NCBI GenBank assembly: GCA_964188305.1 | Contig: OZ076887.1 | DNA: 64,000 nt | Strand: one strand, 5' to 3' | From: Podarcis bocagei | Taxonomy: Eukaryota | In this document: one piece after another, positions 1 to 11,700 of the stretch | How the letters are laid out: each line of letters starts with the position of its first letter | Position numbering within the stretch: the first letter of the stretch is position 1 | The notes under the pieces: generated by a model | The model's database searches: none | What the model saw: only the letters and a program-made list of their open reading frames with translations | Told to the model about the DNA's origin: nothing | Position numbers and translations under genes: made by a program

Positions 1-284
1 CTGGATGACCTTTAAAACTCTGCAGGCTACATTTGGCCCACCGCTTGCACACATGGGCTTAGGTTGCCACTTTGGCATTTCTTGATAGCATACATATAGG
101 TGCTGAAAGCCCATCTGCCACACGAGTCTGACAAAACATCTGCACAGACTTTATGCCAGTTTCCTGCTGGGATCTGATCTGAAAAGCTGAGAAATAGTAT
201 GTGGGAGAGTGGGACAACCAAAGCAAAACACTGCACTCTGAAAACATTATATTTGGATAAAGGGAAGCATATATATGTGAGAAT

Positions 285-419
285 GAAGTTACAGGGAACC
301 AGGCAGAGGGCCTTCTCGGCAGTGGCACCCCGCTCTGTGGAATGCCCTCCCATCAGATGTCAAGGAAATAAAGAACTACACAACTTTCAGAAGAGGGCAG
401 GGTATAAATACCAGCACAT

Positions 420-458
<39 letters not shown>

Positions 459-460
459 TT
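285..460 (+). mobile_element. LINE (L2-like) 3' end fragment with (TTTA)n tail
   Basis: agggccttctcggcagtggcaccc..tgtggaatgccctcccatcagatgtcaagg resembles squamate L2 3' ends (recall); followed by a (ttta)n run at ~417-460. Confidence 0.6.
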
Positions 461-1194
461 TTCCATTATTATGAAGAAGCCTTGAAGTTATCATTACATA
501 CAGAGCTCCTAAGCTGAATGTAGCCAACTTGTTACTAGTCACTGCTCTTCTGCCTCTTAACAGCAGCTTGATGTGCAGCAGTAGCAGGTGGTGTAGTAGG
601 GCTGTGCCACTTGGTCAACTTCTTTCTAGCTGAGTCACTGCTGCATGTTGGTAGCAAGGTTGGTGTGGTGCAAATGTGCTGGTGGAGCCAGTGCAGCACT
701 TCTGCTGACTCAATTGCACTGCACTGACCTTGTTGCCACCTCAGTGACTTAGCTGGAGGGAGTTCAGGCATGCAGCACAGCTCCAACATACCATCCATTA
801 CTGATACACAGAAATTTGAAGCAATGATGCCTCTCCAGGTGTGCAGAGGTTGACCTGTTTATTAGACAATTAATCAGGCCAAGCCCTGTTGTTGTTGATG
901 ATGATGATGGTAGTGGCCAGTTGGTAACCCAACCTGTTCCCTTACTAAGACAGCACTCATAATAAGTGCTAATGTGAGACCTTAAGCACAGAAAATTAGT
1001 CACAATTAAGATCTACGGAAATCAGTGGGACAAGCTAGTGTGACCAATTGACTCCAAATATGAGACTGTGTAATCTCATAGAAACTAGATGCAAACATTT
1101 GCATGGCATTCTAAAGGGGGGGGGCCAGAAAAACCTTGATGCAATTTATCTGAGGCAATATAGAAAATTCCCCTTTCTCCTTTTCAAGACTATT

Positions 1195-1941
1195 TTATTA
1201 TTACTATTATTATTTTTAAAAGATCACAGGGTGGTAGACAATATAAAAACAAAAAAATACACAACAAAGTAACAAACATAAATAATACCCCTCCCCCACT
1301 TTAAAAGGCCTTAGATTGTGTAATTGGCCAAAGGCTTGGGAGAATAGGACTGTTTTTGCCTGCAGCCTAAAACTGTGTGGCGAGCCTCCCTGGGGAGAGC
1401 ATTCTACAAATGGGAAGCCACTGCAGAAAAGGTCCGTTCTCATGTTGCCACCCTCTGGACCTCTTGCTTAGGAGGCACACAAAGAAGGGCTTAAGATGAT
1501 GAACACAGGGTCTGAGTTGGTTCGTATGGAGTAAGGCAGTCATTGGGGTATGATGATTCTGAGCTATTTAAGGCTTTATAGGTCAAAACCAGCACTTTGA
1601 ATTAGGCCCAGAAGCTAACTGGCAGCCACTGCAGTCAGGTTAGGATTGGCATTATATGCTCAAACTGTCTTGCCCTGGAGAGAAACCTAACCATTGGATG
1701 AAGTTCCAAACCATCTTCAGAGGTAGCCCCATGTATGGCAGATTGCAGTAATCTAACCTAGAAGTTACCAGAGCACAGACAATAGTAGTTAGGCTATCCC
1801 TGTCCAGATACAGGTGCAGTTGGGCCGTGTATCTGACGGAAAGCACTCTGCACCACCAAGGCCATTTGAGCCTCAAGCGACAGCAATGGATCCAGTAGTA
1901 CTTCTAAACTATGTACCCACTCATTCAGAGGAAGTATAACC
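1195..1941 (-). mobile_element. L2 LINE, 5'-truncated and degraded
   Basis: Minus frame gives LTTIVCALVTSRLDYCNLPYMGLPLK, the typical L2 ORF2 C-terminal motif; ends approximate. Confidence 0.85.
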
Positions 1942-2596
1942 TTTCATTGCCTCAAAGGTACTGATACAAGTTAAGATAATGAGAGAGAGCCTTCCCATGC
2001 TGACCAGTGTAGTAGATGCAAACGTTGCAACCTTTGGTACCAAATGCATAACTTTCTAATAGCAGCCTTGACAAAATCAGACAGATTGGCTCTGGCAATG
2101 CTGCTGGGACAATGTCTTGATCCCTCATCTGGTATCAGATTCTAGACAGAACCCACAACACAACACCGAGGCTCCACTGTAAACATTCAAACTTTTTCAA
2201 ACCAACAAGCTCCCAGAATGCTACATATTAAAATTTCCACCTTAGGGAAGCACATCATACTTGACTGTGCTTAAAAAAGAATAATTCCAGTAATTCTGCT
2301 GATTTTGCTCTGAAATGTTTACATAGTGCAGAAATATAAGCCTTGGCATGTGCAGCTTCTGCTCTCTTTTTAGTGGAAAGCCCTGACCACAATTTCCAGA
2401 CCTGACTTAAATTGCAAAAAAAGATGTGCTGTAAGGAGTGAAGTTGCTGAAAATTAGACTTAACATCTTAACTTTCAGATATTAGCTAGTTGTGCTGATA
2501 GACTTTTCCCAGACTCACACTACACAATGGCGCTCTCAACATTTGATGGTATCTTTAACAACAGATGCACTAAATGCCAATCATTGATTATCTTAC

Positions 2597-2668
2597 CGGA
2601 GAGCCACGATCTCCTGGTTTTCCTGGTTTTCCAGTTGGGCCAGCAACTCCAGGAACTCCTGGGGCACC
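2597..2668 (-). CDS. COL12A1: COL12A1 exon ~60, Gly-X-Y (72 nt)
   Basis: tgcag|GGT..CCG|gtaaga; [24 protein letters not shown]. Confidence 0.95.
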
Positions 2669-3343
2669 CTGCAAAAATGTACATTGAAAAGGTATACTAA
2701 GGAGGACATAATAATAGTCTGTTAAATCCAACAAACATGATACTCACCAAATGCAGGGAATGCATGTGAAAACTTTTCCTACTACTATTTGTTTTCATTT
2801 CCTCATAATCTGACACATCTTGTAACATAAACAGTAAGTCTCTGTTTTATTTCTTTAATGCTCTATGAACAAGTCAAGCTTGCATCTGGCAATAAAATTC
2901 TATTTTTCTGGTCATCTCAACCCCCATCCCACCACCGCCACCTGCCCAATCTGCACTGGTGAGGAACAGCTGAACTGGCTCTAGGTCCCAACAGATGTGG
3001 AAAGGTGAGACCAGGCTTCTCCAACCTCGGCTCTCCAGATGTTTTTTGGCCTACAATTCCCATGATCCCTAGCTAGCAGGACCAGAGGTCAGGGATGATG
3101 GGAACTGTAGTCTCAAAACATCTGGAGGGCTGAGGTTGAGGAAGCTTGGGTGAGACACTCAGTTGCTATAAAAAAGGAAGGAAATATCCAGGTATACAAA
3201 AAAAAAGTTAATTAAGCCCAGTGTGTTTTGAACTAAGTTCAAAACCAATTTCAGTCTTGCTCTCTGAAATGTTTTGCAACAGTGTGAATTGGTTGATCCA
3301 AGGTTCATCTGAGGAGTCTTAAATGCTTTGAGCTCAATATATC

Positions 3344-3403
<60 letters not shown>

Positions 3404-5202
3404 GGTTTTCCACACAGAACTCACTGGAACTCAGTTTCAGCACCTCTCCGGTGGACACCATTGCTATTATAAGAAAACAAGGGAGGCATTCCTTGTGAGT
3501 TCCAGCACCTCTTTTTCTAGAAAAATAGCACTGGATATGTCTATGACTATATTTTGCACCTGGAAGTTGGCATCCTTGGCCATCTCTCTCTGCCCACTAC
3601 CATTTTCTCTGTCAGTGCAGAGGGAGTCTCACAGTATCCCATAAGTTACCGACCCAGGGAGCAAAGGATTGGTCTCTCACTTACTTAATTAACAATTAAT
3701 ATGGAAGTAATTAAATAGCATCTTAAAAGAAAATAATTTTTAATGCTTAGCCTATTGATTTTTCATGAAAAGGCATTGTCCTAGCAACTAGCAGGCTTTC
3801 TTTTAACAGATTTTCCAAGCAGCAGCAAAACACTCACATCTTTCTAATCACATCAAAGGAACAAATTCCATAAGAGAAATTTTCAAGCCTCATAAAACAT
3901 TATGAAGCTTCTAGTATTCCCAAAGCTTAACTGTACTCGAAACGATTTCCTTTTGACTATTTTCCAGCATAATGAACATGTGCAGACCACATTAGACACA
4001 GCCAGATCTTTTTCTTAATAAAACCTCCTGCATAACTATCTGTAGTCATCAAATGTTCTAACTGGATAACAAACAATACAGGATTGATAGGAATAGGATT
4101 TAGAATGCAAGAGGGGAGTCAAAAGGGTGCACATTTTGCCAGAGTGACATTACAGCAAAATTTGGCACTGAATAATATGCAAAATTATATCAAACCAATT
4201 AGGCCTGCAACAAAATGAAGTGTGCCAGCCATGACCTTTTCCATGATACTCCTTTATACCAGTGTTTCCCAACCGGTGTTCCGCGGCACACAAGTGTGCC
4301 GTGAGACGTTGCCTCGTGTGCCGCGAGATGCCTGGAGGGAGGCGGGCGAGTCGGGCGGCGAGAGGCGGGGCGGCGGCGGCGAGGAGAGGCCGCGCCTCCT
4401 GCTGCTGCCTGGCGCTCCTCCTCGCAGCCGGCAGCGCTGCCTGGGCGCCTCCGCGCGACTCTGCCTCGCTGGGTTTGGTCTCCCAGCAGAGACGGGTCAC
4501 ACGCGCACCTCCCTCCCTCCCTCAGCCTGCGCGGAGGGAGAGCCAGAGAGAGGCATCGCTCCTGCGCGGCGGGAGAGGGAGCAGCCGGAGCGATGCCCCA
4601 AACGAATGCATGGGACCGGAGGGGAAATCCTCTCCGAGGCGGATTGAGCGCAGCTGAGAGAAGCCTTTCGAGGAGCTGCAGCAACTCCCGGCGACGGTTC
4701 CTCAAGCCCCGCCGCCGCCCCCTCCTCCGCCCGCTATCGCCGCCACCACCACAACAGCCGCCGCCGCCTCAGTTGCCGCCGTCCCTCAGTCCCTCACTCT
4801 GCTGCCTCCTCCCACCCCCAAAGCTTGGAGGTTCCCCGGCAAGGGGGAGGGAAAAAAACTTTCACTTTCGTGCGTCCCTCCCGGCGTGACGCTGCGCGCT
4901 GACGTCACGGGGCGGGGCTTTAATGATGGTGTGCCGCGAGATTTTTTTTCAGTAAACAGGTGTGCCATTGCCCAAAAAAGTTTGGGAAACACTGCTTTAT
5001 ACTACCCCTCCCCTGGTTTTTTCTGTCCTCCCTCCCCTTCAAGAATCAGTCGGCATTCCATAGCCACTGAGCATGCTCAATCATCATTGGGCTAAGGGGC
5101 AGAGTTTCACCTAAGTTTTGTTTCCTGAGGTTTTTTGTATATGTACAAGCCCTACAGTTCATCCAAGCCTGTTGCTACCACACCCACACACACACACACA
5201 CC

Positions 5203-5237
<35 letters not shown>

Positions 5238-5681
5238 CGTGCGTGGTTGATGCTTCTTTTGGCTACATAAGAGTATGTTGTGAATGCTGCGAGCAGTGAT
5301 TCCTCTGTTGCTCCATCTGCTTGATGATCTGCCCAGAAGGTAAGGCAGGCAGAGTGGAAGGGTTGGGTCAAGCCAATGTCATGGGAAAGACAGAAATGCC
5401 CAACCAGCTGCATGATAAAAGTTGCAGGGGGGAAAGGAGATGGTGTCAGAGGAGTATAATTGGAGCAGACCAGGGTGAAAAGGAGATGGGGGTCAAGACA
5501 AGGACATGAGGGATATTGGATATAGAGACAAGGGGAAAAGTAAAGGTAGCAGGGAAACAGAAAAACAAACAAGGAAGGAAAAGGCAGCACAGAAGTAAGT
5601 AGCTGAGAAGCATTGCCTCAAATGAGCATCACCCAACATGGAAGAAAGACATGGTAGAGAGTTCTGGGCAAGCTAAAAAGT

Positions 5682-5728
<47 letters not shown>

Positions 5729-8700
5729 GGGTCCTTATACTACAGATCCATAAGCATTACTGTCCAGATAAACTACTGTACCAAACCCACAGAGAGGCAT
5801 GTTGACAAGAGCCCTGAACTTAGAATGAGTACAGGGCTCACCAAATGGTTTTAAGATCCTTGGAACCTTTAGGGTTTGGGGCAAAAGAGGTTACATAGTT
5901 GTATGATTTAACCTGCTCAGGTAGTTATTTGCTGAAACTAACAATGAAGAGGTAGAGGGAGAACCATGACAGCAAACTGACTTCTACAAAGCTAATCCCT
6001 CCCCAATGTCAAAACCCCCAGTTAGTCCACAAACAGTCAAGCTAACACTTACTAATGGTCCAGGGGGTCCTCTTGGTCCAGTTGGGCCATCTTTTCCAGT
6101 GAACCCCTAGTTGAAAAGTGAAAGTTTATGCATTATTGTTTTGTTTCTTTAAAAGGATAAGCTAATTCCATGATGACTGGTTTAGGCTAATGTCCATTAA
6201 CTATTCATATATATGTTTAAAAGATATTGCCAGCCTAGGTGTGATTTAGTTCTGTGCTTCAATTACGCTAACATCAACTAGTTATCATGTGAATATATCA
6301 AGGCTTTTCTCTGATTGAGAATTCATGCTGAATACTAAAGCTCAATTACTTGTGAGGAAGTTCCAACATCATCATCTTCTAATGTGTTACACCTAAGACT
6401 CTGTTTCCCTCTTTCTCCTGTTGTTTGCTTTCTCACACCCAGCCTTTTTTGTTAGTTGGCGGGATTCACCTAACCAGCCTTTTCAATGTAAGCTCTCTGC
6501 AAGGACATCTTCTAGCACAATGGAGCTTTCCCCACTCTTCACATCATGCGCCCCTTCACCCCACCCTCCAAAATGGCTGAGAATAATGAGCACTCATCCA
6601 AAAAGTCACACAAGAAAGAAAAATATTAACTAATCAAGAGTAGTGGTCATAGCTGTCATATTAATTTCAAAGAGAAAGCACTATGCGATTTAGATAACCA
6701 GACAATATCAAGAGAGTAGTTTATTTCTAATTCTAAAACTTTACTGTTCCTCTCTCAATCTAAACTTAGCCAGAGTCTTTACTCTGATGGTCTGCACAGT
6801 TTGACTTTTCACATACAATCAAAACCAACCTTAAGCATTTGGGTGATGGTAATTATTATTTTTTAACTGCTGCCTCCCACTCATCCATTAGGGATTCTTT
6901 TGGTAGGTTTGGCAGGCTTTCTTCATTCATTCACCCTGACCCTGTGAAGTCCTGCTGAGGAAGTTCTACCCTGTGGTATTCCTAAAGTCAAGCCAGGTGG
7001 CTTTTCCTTACACAATGTTCTATGATGTTCTCCTGTCAAAGGGAGCAGTGTCATCCATATATTTATTTTGCCATGAGTACATAAAGAAGAAACACAATGT
7101 AAGTTAAAACACAGTTCATGTACAAGCATTGAAATGGTGCCCCTCACCAGCTCACCTCCTTTTGGTACTCAAAAAGGATGTCCTACTCAAAACTAGTAAA
7201 AACAATTTCCATGTAGGAAATTGTTGTGTAACTAGGAATCTTTGTCCAACAATGGCACAGCCCTAGACCTACTGTGATCATCAACAAATATAAAACAAAA
7301 ATGCTTACCCTATCACCTGGAGGTCCCATTGGGCCAGGGGGCCCAGGTAAGCCTGGAGATCCCTACAGAAGAAGAAAAGTATTAATCAGAGAGGGTTATT
7401 GAGTTATGCAATACAAGGCACACATTTGAGAGTACCAACAAGCATAGAGACAGAGGTGATCTGGTTGACACAGTTGACTTGGACTTTCAAAAAGCTTTTG
7501 ACAAGGTACAACACCAAAGACTCTTGAGTAAGCCTAGCAGCCCTATTCTGGAGCAGGAATAGGTTAAGTAGAAAGAAGCAGAGAGTAGGACGTAAGGAAC
7601 AGTTCTCCAAATGAAGGGATGTAAAAAGTGGATAGTGAGGCCTCTGAGCTTGAGAGTCTTTTTTCTTGTGTTGTTGCCCAGTTTTTCTGGAACTTTGATG
7701 CCTTCTTTGTTTCCTTAAAACCTAGTCCCATTTCTCAGTACCAATTCACAGCTGATACATGATGTGGTTTTGCACCTGTGTGGTCTTGTTTTATTACTTT
7801 GTACTTCAATAGCATTTTGTCTCATCTGTTGAAGAGCAAGTGAAACTGCCGCATTTTTTGCTCTATAAGACTCACTTTTTCCCTCCTAAAAAGTAAGGGG
7901 AAATGTTTGTGTGTCTTATGGAGCGAATGCAGGCTGCACAGCTATCCCAGAAGCCAGAACAGCAAGAGGGATTGCTGCTTTCACTGCGCAGTGATCCCTC
8001 TTGCTGTTCTGGTTTCTGAGATTCAGAATATTTTTTTTCTTGTTTTCCTCCTCCAAAAACTAGGTGCGTCTTGTGGTCTGGTGTGTCTTATAGAGCGAAA
8101 AATATGGTAAACAGAAACTTATTCATACCAGGCTACAAGTGAGAACTTAATATATGTTAGCACTTATGGGACATGTGCAGCATAAGTAGCATGACCATAT
8201 TATTTTTTAAAAAAGCAAACTTACTGAGCGACCAGGTAGTCCTGGCTCTCCAGCATCACCTTTCATCCCTTGACGACCCTAGGAGGAAGAAATACTGCAA
8301 GTTTTAGAAGGTGCCATTCATCATGCAAACTGGGCTGGGAAGACTTGGAGTGATTATCCCTTGAATCCCAGCCCCACAGTGTACAGCCCATCCCATTCAC
8401 CATACTGGGGGGTTTATGGGGAAGACTGGACTGCTTCTTCCAGCCCCTTTGTCATTCTTTCCTCTGGTTTACCTACACAGCCTACAACAAGTGATTTAGT
8501 TTCTCAGAATACAGTGACATGATTAACTATCAGAAAATAGTTCAGAGTATGCCAGATAATTGCCTAATCTTTTTAAAGCATAAGAATTTATCTGAAAATG
8601 CAGAAAGGCATGTTCCTTCTAAATCACCACAACAATAGTATGGCTATTATTTTTTTGTGTAATCTGCCAGTATTGCAATGCTTGTAAATATGATGTCATG

Positions 8701-11700
8701 TGTTAAAGCACTTATTCCCAGTATTTTCTACTATGTGACGAACAATGTCAAAACGCAATACTTAAAGAGTATCTGAGAGCACTAAATATGCTGTGCAGGC
8801 TATCTTGCTCTCTCCAAAAATAGAATGCCTGTTTACTCACTGGTTCTCCTGTAATGGAAAGTCCATTTGGCCCCTGTGGTCCTGGTGGTCCTTGAGGGCC
8901 TCTAGGTCCTACATCTCCGTGAGCACCAGGTGGCCCCTGAAAGTAGAAAAAGAGAGAAACCCATTTGCTAGCTAGCCTTTTATTCTTCCAAAGTGGTTAT
9001 CTTAAAGAACATACGTAAAAGATGGATTCACATAATATATTTTCACAAGGTGACAGCATTTATAAAAGGCCTGTCTAGAAATCTGAGGGTTCTACTGTGT
9101 TTCGGCCCTCTGCCGAAACTCTTTTTTTAGTGCATTTAGAAACTGAGGTAAAACTGAGGTAAAACTGAGGTAAAACTTTGCCTTGCTGGTGAGCTTGTCA
9201 CATTGTAGCAGCTTTATCAAAATATTACGTAGTTTAAAGGTGTGAAAGATGATAAGCCAAGAGTGTCGCCATTATTGCTTGGTGGTATTATTTGATACAA
9301 ATATTGGTGCCTCCATTGTGATGTTGGCAAATATTGCCTCAGGTTCCTCCACAAAATACATATGATGAATCAACCCCACATAACTTGCTGGGACAGGGAA
9401 GAACAATGCAGCAGAACTGACATCCTTTCTCTTATATCTTCCTCACATGTGTATTAATGATAGAAACTGAAGGCAATTGAAGGGAAGCAAAGTGAGATAC
9501 AGATATTATAATTTCACATGAATGAGGTTGATTTCAGAGGGAAAACTGTCACAGAGTGAATTCTCAGTAAGATTACTTCTCCCTGGTGTGTGTATCTATA
9601 TGGTACAGATATTTGCAAAGATATTTCTTGAATTCACAGTAGACTAAAAATGTAGCATACGATGTGGTTCTAATATATAGAACTAAATACTGATACTTTA
9701 ACTTTAAATAACTACTTGGTTAAAAGTCTTTTTTCAAAAAAACCCAAGGGAGGAGACAAAGCAGTTACCAAACAATCCTGTGTACGCCTGCTCAGGAGTA
9801 AGCCCTACCGAGTTCAATAGGACTTACATCCACGTAAGTGTGTATTTTAGGCAGATACTCACAGAGGGCCCAGTTAAGCCTCTTTCGCCTCTTGGTCCCT
9901 TAGCACCTGGGCCTCCCTAAAACAAAAACAAGCAAATAATGAGTATAGATAGATGGATAGATAGATAGACGTGGAAGTCCAAGATCATATTTGCATGCAA
10001 ATATTACTTTTTGCAAGTAGCTATATTACTTCTTGCAAGTAGCTGAATGGTGAAGCAGAAGGTTCAGTATGGGCTCATTCAAAGCACAAATAGAGACTAA
10101 CAAACTTTAGAACAACATATTGTGGGGTTGTGGGGTTCAAACTGCTCACTACAAGTCTATGATAAAAATACTAAAAACAACAAAGAAAGCTATGAAGTCT
10201 AGCTGTGCATAGATGTGGTTTGTTCACCAGACTTGGCAGTGATATTGTTGCCCAATGTACACACAGTGATTATTGCCAGTGCATCAATACTGCTGTAAAG
10301 GTTTCAGTAACACTTTAAGCGGTACCTAGAAAAACCGATTTTAGCTCCCAATAGTACAACAAGCATTGCTGCCATAGTCATGTGTACAGTTATTGTTGTA
10401 GGAATGTGTTGGGTAGTAACATCATCATGGTGACAAGAAGCACTCCCCCACTGCACAAAAACAAAAGAAAACCCACATGCACGCCTGGGCTGTTTTTAAA
10501 CATTTGCTAATAATTTTTAATACAGTAAAGAAATTGTGAATATATACCTCTTCATGCTGCAGGTCTATTAATGTATAACTCTCTACAAATACAGTGTGGA
10601 AGGGTATCTGCTCCCACACAGTAATGTCTCACTATTTCAAGAAAAAGATCTCACTTTTTAAAATACACTTTTACTCTGAATGGTGCTCACTTCCCCTTCT
10701 GCAGCACATTCAACAACAAATTTCTCTTTGTCCTTCCTTAAATTACCTCTTAGGAGTGAAATTAATCTGATCAGAAGTCTGATGATACAATCTCGTCAGT
10801 TTCACCACTTCATTGACTGGCATGATAGTCGTAGAAGTCACTGTGGTTAGGAAATAGAGGGAAATGGCTCCCCCGCCCCCCCCGCCCCCCACCCCCGCAA
10901 CACTTCTTCTACCCACCTCCCCCAATACCTTTGTATAATTATCAACCACCAGGCCTGCTCAGTTGGCTCACCAGCCCATTTTGACCATATGCAGTGCTTC
11001 AGACTTGCCACCAATCCAAATGCCGGGCTTCTGAAGTGCCAATGGTCAGGAGGGCTTCAAAGTGCCATACAGGGCTGTTTGCAAGGGATCCATTTCCTTA
11101 CTCCTGTGCTAGAGCATCAACAACCAAAAGCTGATGCTATACTAATTCTGGTGCTGCAGCTAATTTGGCTCCCTGTGCTAGTGCGAACAGAGAGGTTGTT
11201 GCCGTCATCATTGACTTCTGCTTCCTGAAGTCATTGGAGTTCTATGGATTCCAGTTTGTTAATCTGAGGTACTCTACAGAGTCACACGTCTGGTAATCAC
11301 AATGCAATAATTTTGCTTACAGCAGGTCCTGGAGGTCCTGGAGGTCCCACGCTGTCTTGTGTGCATGTGCAAGCATTTGGTAACGATGGGCATTTTGCTT
11401 CATCCCTCTGAAAATTAAAGGACAAACATCTGTCATTTCCCTTGAATATTTTTTTAAAGGGTGATCACCAAGAGAATGGTTTCAAATATGTTTTTTATTG
11501 TCTGTAGCATGTTTAAATTATATTTTTAAGGGCAGGCAGGCAGACAGGAGAGAGAACTGAGACTCAAGGTTGCCTGGGAACCATGATGGCTGGTGTGGAA
11601 GTCTTGCTGCTTAGTCCCAAATGCACATTGCTCATGGACGGAGCAAAATACTCAGCAGATGTTTTGCTACACTTTTTATGACTTCCTATATTGTAGGACT

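Noticed and set aside
535-1003. Moderately GC-rich stretch with minus-strand ORFs
   Set aside because: No recognisable protein motif, splice pattern or TE boundary, so I cannot support a call.
1-2596. Next helical exon (~36 nt) and NC2 exon of COL12A1
   Set aside because: No Gly-X-Y exon with valid splice sites found; ccctttctccttttcaag at ~1171 does not keep the triplet frame. These exons are presumably beyond the window.
4150-5095. Cluster of 70-170 aa ORFs on both strands (also 56058-56542 and 45274-45794)
   Set aside because: They lie in GC-rich TIR elements where stop codons are rare. The sequences are Arg/Ala/Pro-rich with no transposase or other domain, so they are not independent genes.
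9139-9177. Short tandem repeats (aaaactgaggt x3; 22-bp duplication at ~10001-10044) as a CRISPR-like array
   Set aside because: No spacers and a eukaryotic intron context; ordinary slippage duplications.
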